From the NCBI RefSeq assembly GCF_002087085.1, contig NZ_MWQY01000008.1:1-64000 (forward strand): DNA of 64,000 nucleotides. Direction: 5' to 3'. Shown here piece by piece: positions 57,091-64,000 of the stretch. Position 1 is the first letter of the stretch. Each line of letters starts with the position of its first letter. Below the pieces are notes generated by a model. That model saw nothing but the letters and a program-made list of their open reading frames with translations. It had not been told where the DNA came from and did not search any database. A program made the translations under genes and the position numbers.

Positions 57091-57819
57091 CTAGCGTCCT
57101 TCACCGAGGCGCCGGACAAGATAATCAGGAAGATTGCACTCCCGCATACGCTTCTGAACCGCAGGAATATCATACTCCACCCGCCGAAGAAACCAGAGCC
57201 CTTTATCAGTGTCCAGTATCCCGTAAGCGGCCCGGGGATCGCCTTCCCGGGGCTGCCCGGTGCTGCCGGGGTTAAGCAGGCTCTGTCGGTGCAGGAGATC
57301 CAGATCATTCCTTTCACGGAGGGAATGACGCACGACCTGTCCGTCCGGTCCCCGACTGAAGTAAAAACGCAGATGGCTGTGGCCAAAAAGTCCCAGAGGC
57401 GTCTTCAGCAGGGAAAAGTTCTCTTCCGCGTCCAGGGAATCGAGAATATAATGGGTAATGGGGTCGGTAAGGGCCCCGTGAAAGAGGGTAAAGGTATCTT
57501 CCTGCACGAGGGGTTTCAGACGGGAAAGGTATTCCCTTGAGCCGGAGTTCAGCTGTTCCCGGGTCCAGATCAGCGCAGCCCGGGCATGTATATTGAAGTA
57601 GTCCAGGTCGAAACGGCCGATGGAGGCCCAGTCATGGTTTCCGGGTACCGCGGTTACCGGAAGGCGGGAGAGTTCCTCTGCACATTCGTTGGGGAAGGGA
57701 CCGTAACCGACGATGTCCCCCAGGCAGAGTATTCTGTCCCAGTCTCCCGCCGCATCTCCCAGTACCGCCTTAAGGGCCGGTAAATTTGCGTGAATGTCGG
57801 AGATAACCAGGTATCGCAT
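57091..57819 (-). CDS. Calcineurin-like metallophosphoesterase
   Basis: SDIHAN, LGDIVGYG, GNHD, FHG, GHSH, NPGS.GQPR. Start at MRYLVISD. Confidence 0.92.
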   Translation of the reverse strand: MRYLVISDIHANLPALKAVLGDAAGDWDRILCLGDIVGYGPFPNECAEELSRLPVTAVPGNHDWASIGRFDLDYFNIHARAALIWTREQLNSGSREYLSRLKPLVQEDTFTLFHGALTDPITHYILDSLDAEENFSLLKTPLGLFGHSHLRFYFSRGPDGQVVRHSLRERNDLDLLHRQSLLNPGSTGQPREGDPRAAYGILDTDKGLWFLRRVEYDIPAVQKRMRECNLPDYLVRRLGEGR

Positions 57820-57851
57820 GCTGTATATTACTATGGTGCGAAGGAAACAGA

Positions 57852-58445
57852 ATGGCAAGAGATAAAGTTGACAGAATAGTAAATGGGCTCGCGGAGCATT
57901 TCGCCTCCGCCTGGCGGCTCCTCTCGGATACAACCATCTATCTGTCCTCCCTTCCATCGGGAAAGGTGTTCCAGCGTTATGAGAACACCCTTCGTAAATG
58001 GCGTCACAGCCTGGAAAACGGCCGCAGAAACCCGGAAGTGGTCAACGAGGTACGCTCGCAGATCATCGCCTTCCGGAAAACCCTGCGCAAAATGGGATAC
58101 GACATCCGCCTGGGAGCCTACGAGATCAAATTCGAAGGTTTCCGGCACGACGATGCCATTGCAGAGGGTTTCCGGCGGATGGTTCTGTTCATCGCGAAGG
58201 ACAGTCTCTATTATCTGACGGGGTCGGAAAACCATATCGAACTGGACAGGATTCTGGAGAGCCGCCTGAAAAATGCGCGAATCAGTGAATCCATGCGGCG
58301 GCACTATCTGTGGTACCGGTGGCGGCAGAATACACTGGTACTGTCCGGCGCGGATTCGGAAATGAAGGAGTCCTTTGAAAAGCTGCAGCAGCTTGTAAAC
58401 GAAAATACCCTGTTTTTCATCAGGCAGCTGAAAAAACTGCCCTGA
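57852..58445 (+). CDS. Hypothetical protein
   Basis: 197-aa ORF with an AAGGA RBS and natural-looking composition; no motif recognised. Confidence 0.75.
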   Translation: MARDKVDRIVNGLAEHFASAWRLLSDTTIYLSSLPSGKVFQRYENTLRKWRHSLENGRRNPEVVNEVRSQIIAFRKTLRKMGYDIRLGAYEIKFEGFRHDDAIAEGFRRMVLFIAKDSLYYLTGSENHIELDRILESRLKNARISESMRRHYLWYRWRQNTLVLSGADSEMKESFEKLQQLVNENTLFFIRQLKKLP

Positions 58446-58547
58446 TTCTCCGGGTACTCACCTTTATTTATGATTATCTTTGTTTTATATTTGTCTGAAG
58501 GAATCGACGATTCCCAATTTTCCCGCGTATGAACGGACGGTAGCAGC

Positions 58548-59561
58548 ATGAGCATGAATTATTCCGTCTCCTCCACAGGAGAGACGCTGGCCCTTGTTCC
58601 GGAAGAGATAAACTCCCTGGTCGATAATATCAGGTCCGTAATCTTTATGGACAGAATAAAGCTCGAATACCTACTGGCAGCCAAGGTTGCCGGGGGCCAC
58701 GTCATTCTCGCGGATTCCCACGGCGTAGGAAAAACCTCCCTGGCCCGGGCTCTGGCGGGATCGATAATCTGGAAGGCGGAAACCGTAGCCGCCGAAGAGA
58801 TCGCCATGGACCCCTTCTCGCGGATCCAGTCCACCGTCGACCTTCTTCCCCAGGATATAATCGGCTACTCCCGGCTATCCGGTCCGGAAAACGAGGTTGT
58901 TTTCAACAAGGGACCCATTTTCGCCCATTTTGTGCTCTGTGACGAGATCAACCTGCTGACCCCCAAGACCCAGGGCTCTTTTTTCCAGGCCATGGAGGAG
59001 CAGATGGTCTCCATCGAAGGCAGAACCTATCCCCTGCCGGCGCCCTTCTTCATAATCGCCACCATGAACCTTAAAGGGGCCCATCTTTTTCCCCTCCCCG
59101 CACCGCAGCTTGACCGCTTCATGATCCAGTTGTCCCTGGGCTTCCCCAGTGAAGAGGACGAGGCCGCCATTATCCGTCAGCATGGCCGCACCGACGGCTG
59201 GGAACGTTTTAAACCCACCACGGCATCCACCGATCTTCTCCGCTGGCAGGCCATGGTGGACGAGGTGGCAATCCACGATGATGTCATCGACTATATAGTC
59301 GCCCTGGTCCGGGCCACCCGGAACCATCCGGAGGTCTCCATTCCCGCCTCTCCAAGAACCGGAGTAAAGCTCTCCCGTCTTGCCCGGGCCCTCTGTCTTA
59401 TCCGGGGCCGGGACTATGCGACCCTGGATACCATCAAGGAGATCTTTATTCCCGCGGTGGCTCACCGCATCAGCCTTCACGATCCGGAGCGTCCCAGGGA
59501 TGGTGTTCTGAAGGAGATACTGAACTCCGTACCCGTCGATCCGCGGCGAAGGAGACTGTAA
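58548..59561 (+). CDS. MoxR-family AAA+ ATPase (divergent)
   Basis: DSHGVGKT, RIQSTVDLLPQDIIG, CDEIN, ATMN, PLPAPQLDRF, SPR. Confidence 0.88.
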   Translation: MSMNYSVSSTGETLALVPEEINSLVDNIRSVIFMDRIKLEYLLAAKVAGGHVILADSHGVGKTSLARALAGSIIWKAETVAAEEIAMDPFSRIQSTVDLLPQDIIGYSRLSGPENEVVFNKGPIFAHFVLCDEINLLTPKTQGSFFQAMEEQMVSIEGRTYPLPAPFFIIATMNLKGAHLFPLPAPQLDRFMIQLSLGFPSEEDEAAIIRQHGRTDGWERFKPTTASTDLLRWQAMVDEVAIHDDVIDYIVALVRATRNHPEVSIPASPRTGVKLSRLARALCLIRGRDYATLDTIKEIFIPAVAHRISLHDPERPRDGVLKEILNSVPVDPRRRRL

Positions 59562-59574
59562 GGATCTGTCCACC

Positions 59575-60867
59575 ATGAAGAGGGCCTGGACCAGAGTGTA
59601 CCGCTGCTTTCCTTTAACGATACTGGGCTTTCCCGCAGCCGCAGGACTGCTTGGAGTTCTGGGCAGGGCCTTTGCCGCAGCCAATGCCTATGCTTATTTC
59701 TTTTCCCTCACAGGCTTGAGTCTCATGGGGCTCCTGATGCTCCTCTCCTTTCTGCAGGCCAGAAAAATCGGAGAAGACGAGATTGTCTGGCACAGCAGAC
59801 ACCGGGTTTTCGCGGGAAAGGAACCGGCACCCCACGGACTCGAGCTGAAAAGCAGCCGCCTTCTGCCTTTTTTCCGGGTCCGTTTCCGCCTTGCAGGAGC
59901 TTTGAAGGTGGAGGGGAGGTACCTGGGATATCACTGTCAGAGCGGCCGTTTCAAACCTGCAGAGGATTTCATCGTCCCCATGCCCCTGGGACTCCCCCAC
60001 TGCGGCAGTTTTCACGCCGAACTCGCCTTAAGCGTGGAGGACATCTTCGGGCTGACCCGCTTCTGCATCGGCACACCCGTAAGCAGGCTTATACCGGTAC
60101 TCCCCGGGGTTCTCCACAGGCCGGTGCGTTACCGGATCGCCGAACGGGGAGCCGAGGAAAAGAGCCGGGTAAAGGAGAGCGAGGTGGAGCGCTATTACAT
60201 GAGGGAGTATGTTCCCGGAGACCGCTTCCGGGACATTAACTGGAAGGCCTCCGGCAGGGGAGACAAACTCTTTACCCGGATATCCCCGGTGGCCCAGGAC
60301 GAGAGTACCACGGTAACCCTGTGGGTCAGGTTTTACGCCAGGGACCGCCGCCCCTCACCGGCCCTCCTTGCCCTGGCGGAGTACCAGAAATCCTGGGTAC
60401 TTACCTTCCTGCTTCGCATAAAAGAGGAACACCCGGACTTCATGTTCCAGGTATTCATGAACCGGGATGAATTTCTGCTGGAGAACGATGAAGACCTGGA
60501 AGCCTTCGCAACAGCCCTGGGGGGTAAATGGTTCAGTGCAGCCTCCGACGATCTTCCGCCTTTGCCTCAGGAGGGACGGGTCTACCTCTTCAGCAGCTCC
60601 GCGGATGAAAGCGCGGAACATATCAGGCAGCTTTATCCCCGGGTGGAGTTCAGCCTGCATCTTTCGCGGATCGCCCGCAGGGACGAAGAGAAAACAGGAA
60701 TCAGGATTCCTCTTTTTCCAGCATACCGGGGGGAGGATCTGCCTTCGCCCGCTTTTCTGCCCGGTATGTTCAGGAAACGGGGCCGCCTTGTTCAGCGCAT
60801 GCCCGGTACGGACGAAGAGGCCGTCCTTATTCCCCTGATCGGGAGCAGGGGGGAGCCCATACCATGA
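59575..60867 (+). CDS. DUF58 family protein
   Basis: N-terminal TM segments, DIFGL, REYVPGDRFRDINWKAS. Confidence 0.85.
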   Translation: MKRAWTRVYRCFPLTILGFPAAAGLLGVLGRAFAAANAYAYFFSLTGLSLMGLLMLLSFLQARKIGEDEIVWHSRHRVFAGKEPAPHGLELKSSRLLPFFRVRFRLAGALKVEGRYLGYHCQSGRFKPAEDFIVPMPLGLPHCGSFHAELALSVEDIFGLTRFCIGTPVSRLIPVLPGVLHRPVRYRIAERGAEEKSRVKESEVERYYMREYVPGDRFRDINWKASGRGDKLFTRISPVAQDESTTVTLWVRFYARDRRPSPALLALAEYQKSWVLTFLLRIKEEHPDFMFQVFMNRDEFLLENDEDLEAFATALGGKWFSAASDDLPPLPQEGRVYLFSSSADESAEHIRQLYPRVEFSLHLSRIARRDEEKTGIRIPLFPAYRGEDLPSPAFLPGMFRKRGRLVQRMPGTDEEAVLIPLIGSRGEPIP

Positions 60868-63065
60868 CGATTCTCTTTATTCTCCGCTCCCTGCTATACC
60901 TCTTCGCCCTGGCAATACCCTTTGCCCACAGCGGGGTGGTTATAGATTACGATCTCTACGGTCTGGGACTCTATTTCCTGCTTATTCCGGGGCAGGCCGT
61001 CCTGGCCTTTTTCTTTTCTCCCCCGGCCAGACGACTGAAACACAGTCTTCTGGCGGCGGGACTTTTTCAGCTTGTTCTCAGCCTCCTTTTTGCAGGGGGT
61101 GTTTCGGGGATACTTCAGTATCTTCTCCTGGGGTCCTGGAGTTTTCTGTCCACCTGGCTGCTCTTCCGCTTTCGCTGGAGAATCGCTGCTGTACCGGAAC
61201 TGATTTTTCTGGCAGCCGTGTATCTGCGGCTGGTCAATTTTACCCGGGGTCTCTCATCCTCCGCCGGAGTGCCTGACAGTCTGCCCCAGCTTCTGCTTTT
61301 TACCGGAATCGCCGCCCTCCTTATGCAGCTTCTGATTATCATGCTCATTCTGCGGCGCCGTTGGGAGGAACCCCGGGGAACCTGGGAATATACAAGCGTT
61401 CTGGCGGTAGCTGTACCACTTTTACTGGCCGCGGCCCTCCTGGTCCCCGGGGATTTCGTTCAGCATACAGTGGTCTTCAACCAGCTTTTTGAACCCCCGG
61501 AGCCGGAATACCGTCCCCTGGACGAGGAGGCGGAGGGACTTCCCGGGGGCAACCTTCAGGGACGTTCTCCCCTGGAGGGACGCCGCGGCAGAAACGGACA
61601 GCCCGGCCTCTACGGCCTGCCGGCGGACCGCTGGGGCGAAGGAAGACGACGGGGCGAGCGGGACGGGGAAGGAGAAGGCAGTGGCACGGGAGGCCGGCAA
61701 TATGCCGTAATGGTGGTCGCATCACCCCAGGACCCCACCTACCTTGCGGACGGATACTACGACAGCTTCGATCCGGTACGGGGATTCGGTAAAGCCCTTG
61801 AAATGCCCCTGAACGAGATCGTCGGAAGGCGCCTTCTGGAAACCTGGTTCAATCCTCTGATACCCCGGGATCGCTCCCGCCTGAACACGGAGATCTTCAC
61901 CCTCTCCACCAGGCCGGAACGGACCCTGGCCTACCTGCCCCTGCGGGCGGAACCGACCATATTCGACCCCTCGGTGCATCCCTTCACCTATTCATACCCC
62001 CACGTGGCGGCAATCTCCGTCAGCGATCCCTATGACTGGGTCACGTCCCGGGACTATAGCAGCCGGGAGAGGGAACAGTTGTCCGGGGAGCTGGAGATAG
62101 ACATGGACCCCGCAGCGGAGGAACGCTTCCGGTCCTACCTCGAGCCTGTCCTGGCCGAAGCGGAGGGACCGGGGGAGAAGATCCTGGCTATTCTGAAGAG
62201 TTTTGAGGAGCTCCAGTACGAAATCGGTTTTGACGAGGATGTCTCCGTGGCGGCCATGGAGCATTTTCTCTTTACCAGCAAGAGCGGCGACTGTACCGAG
62301 TTCTCCAATACCGCCGCCATTCTGGGACGCCTCGCGGGAATCCCCTCCCGCGTGGTTACCGGCTACCTGGCTTCGGAGGGGCTGCAGACCATGTCACACC
62401 TTCAGGGACTCATGCTGCTGCGGGAGAGCATTCCCAGCCTGAAGGATCATCCGCTGGAAGAGCTCTACCTGGTCACCACCGCCCACCGTCACTCCTGGCC
62501 CCAGTTCTATCTGCCTGACTACGGATGGATCGACTTCGAGTCGACCCAGTATGCCATACCACCGCTTCCCGGGGGAGACCCGAACTCCCAGGACGTTGTG
62601 ATTCCCCTTATCGAAAACCGGACTGTCGCCGGAAGAGATTTTCAGATCCCCTGGAATCTCCTCCGACAAGTGATGCTGAGCCTGTTTATTCTGCTCTTCG
62701 CGGCACTGTATGCCTACCGCTACGGACGGGAGATTCTTCTCAGGCACCTGGCATCCCGGCCGGGACGAAAGGGACTCCTTTCCGCGGAAAAACTGCTGCT
62801 GTCGCTGCTTGCCAACGAGGGCCTGCGCCTCAAGAAGAGATCCGAGACTCCCCGGGAATATGCAGAGGTGGTCCCTGAGCTGGGCCCCTTTGTCGGGATA
62901 TACGAAAAACTCCGTTTCAAGCCGGGTATCAGCACGGAGGAGGAAAAGAAACTCCGAAAGGAGCTCCTGGATGAACTGCACAAAGCAGTCTCCTTACGAC
63001 GGCGCCGTGGATTGAAGGGGGCTCTCTACAGGCTGCTGAATCTGAAAGGAGTCGTCTTCCCATGA
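60864..63065 (+). CDS. Membrane transglutaminase-like protein
   Basis: N-terminal TM bundle; GDCTEF (Cys), GIPSRVVTGY, HSW (His), GWIDFE (Asp); C-terminal ETPREY DUF4129-like tail. Confidence 0.88.
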   Translation: MTILFILRSLLYLFALAIPFAHSGVVIDYDLYGLGLYFLLIPGQAVLAFFFSPPARRLKHSLLAAGLFQLVLSLLFAGGVSGILQYLLLGSWSFLSTWLLFRFRWRIAAVPELIFLAAVYLRLVNFTRGLSSSAGVPDSLPQLLLFTGIAALLMQLLIIMLILRRRWEEPRGTWEYTSVLAVAVPLLLAAALLVPGDFVQHTVVFNQLFEPPEPEYRPLDEEAEGLPGGNLQGRSPLEGRRGRNGQPGLYGLPADRWGEGRRRGERDGEGEGSGTGGRQYAVMVVASPQDPTYLADGYYDSFDPVRGFGKALEMPLNEIVGRRLLETWFNPLIPRDRSRLNTEIFTLSTRPERTLAYLPLRAEPTIFDPSVHPFTYSYPHVAAISVSDPYDWVTSRDYSSREREQLSGELEIDMDPAAEERFRSYLEPVLAEAEGPGEKILAILKSFEELQYEIGFDEDVSVAAMEHFLFTSKSGDCTEFSNTAAILGRLAGIPSRVVTGYLASEGLQTMSHLQGLMLLRESIPSLKDHPLEELYLVTTAHRHSWPQFYLPDYGWIDFESTQYAIPPLPGGDPNSQDVVIPLIENRTVAGRDFQIPWNLLRQVMLSLFILLFAALYAYRYGREILLRHLASRPGRKGLLSAEKLLLSLLANEGLRLKKRSETPREYAEVVPELGPFVGIYEKLRFKPGISTEEEKKLRKELLDELHKAVSLRRRRGLKGALYRLLNLKGVVFP

Positions 63066-64000
63066 GAAAGCTTGCACGTGCGGTATTCTGCCTGCTTCTT
63101 GCCATGTCGTCCATGATATCCTGCAGCAGGGAAGCCCACTGGGTAATGTTCCGGGGAGAACAGAGCAAGGGATATACATCCGAAAAGGTCTACCCTCCCC
63201 TGGCGGTAAAATGGAAGCTGAAGCTACAGGAAAGTCCCGGAGAGAAGCGCAGCTTCAATCCCCCCATTGTGGTGGACGATACCATTTATTTCGGATCCAA
63301 CGACGGAAACTTCTACGCCCTGGATGTGGAATCCGGCTACATGCGCTGGGTTTTCAAGACCCTGAGCCCCATCAACTCCCTGCCCTACGCGGATGATGAG
63401 AAGGTCTACTTCGGCTCCTCCGACGGCTACCTCTACGCCGTGGACAGGGAAAGCGGAGAAAAGGTCTGGGACTTCAATACACGCTCACCGGTAAACTCCA
63501 CGGTTATCGGCTACGAAGACGGAATCGTCTTCACCTCCGATGTGGGGGCCAGCTACTTTTTCAGCGCCGAGGGGGAACTGCAGCACCAGATCCCGAATCC
63601 CGTATGGCTCTCCCACAGCTTCCAGATCCAGGACCACATCATGTACTTCGCGCCGGGACCGGAAACAAACCCGCACAGCTTCGGAGCCTACGACATCCGG
63701 GCCAGGGACTACCTCTGGTTCATCGACACCTGGGACGATGCTCCCACCTGGTACTCCTTTCCGGCTAAAAAAGGGAAGATCCTCCACTACGCCACCAGCA
63801 GGCTCTACGTTGACGGCTGGCTCCTCTCCTATTACGGGATTAACGCCCGAAACGGAGAGATAGAGTGGCTCCGGGAAGAGCCCGCGGTGCTGCCGGTCTG
63901 GCAGGACATCGATCACTACACCCTCTTTGAAGACTCCCTGGAACTCCTGGATTATCTTGCCCCGGCCCTCTGGAGAGACCTGGTTATCTATTCCTCCGGC
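63062..64000 (+). CDS. PQQ-like beta-propeller (BamB-like) probable lipoprotein, partial (runs off the window; not in the ORF track)
   Basis: The frame from ATG 63062 reads MRKLARAVFCLLLAMSSMISC..WVMFRG..IYFGSNDGNFYALDVESG..W..VYFGSSDGYLYAVDRESGEKVW. Confidence 0.85.
   Translation, partial: MRKLARAVFCLLLAMSSMISCSREAHWVMFRGEQSKGYTSEKVYPPLAVKWKLKLQESPGEKRSFNPPIVVDDTIYFGSNDGNFYALDVESGYMRWVFKTLSPINSLPYADDEKVYFGSSDGYLYAVDRESGEKVWDFNTRSPVNSTVIGYEDGIVFTSDVGASYFFSAEGELQHQIPNPVWLSHSFQIQDHIMYFAPGPETNPHSFGAYDIRARDYLWFIDTWDDAPTWYSFPAKKGKILHYATSRLYVDGWLLSYYGINARNGEIEWLREEPAVLPVWQDIDHYTLFEDSLELLDYLAPALWRDLVIYSSG

Overview
A 64 kb chromosomal window that looks like a free-living anaerobic spirochaete (Spirochaetota; inferred from gene content, FAGGxxE-type signal peptides and spirochaete-type hypotheticals). 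It holds about 50 mostly core or metabolic genes and one tRNA-Asp. I saw no mobile element, CRISPR array or rRNA. Main loci: a Cache-PAS-GGDEF-EAL protein; an ECF pantothenate transporter/coaX operon; glnS; amino-acid and dipeptide ABC systems; hrpA; hsp20/dnaJ; perR-dpsL; two MoxR-DUF58 operons; and four HisKA_2 sensor kinases. Most interesting signals: (1) an NDH-2-DoxX fusion carrying five tandem (D/E)xx(S/T)AATG motifs that resemble ApbE flavinylation sites, followed by a polyprenyl synthase. This is a possible compact flavin-based extracytoplasmic electron-transfer module. (2) A pan-motif-like RNA hairpin ahead of the ECF-PanT-coaX operon. (3) A sensory [FeFe]-hydrogenase-like domain fused to a chemoreceptor. 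(4) A PerR gene that can apparently only start at a non-canonical ATA codon. (5) A sensor kinase frameshifted in a G8CG4 tract. (6) A textbook sigma54 promoter on the hsp20 pair. All family assignments come from reading motifs by eye; no searches were run.
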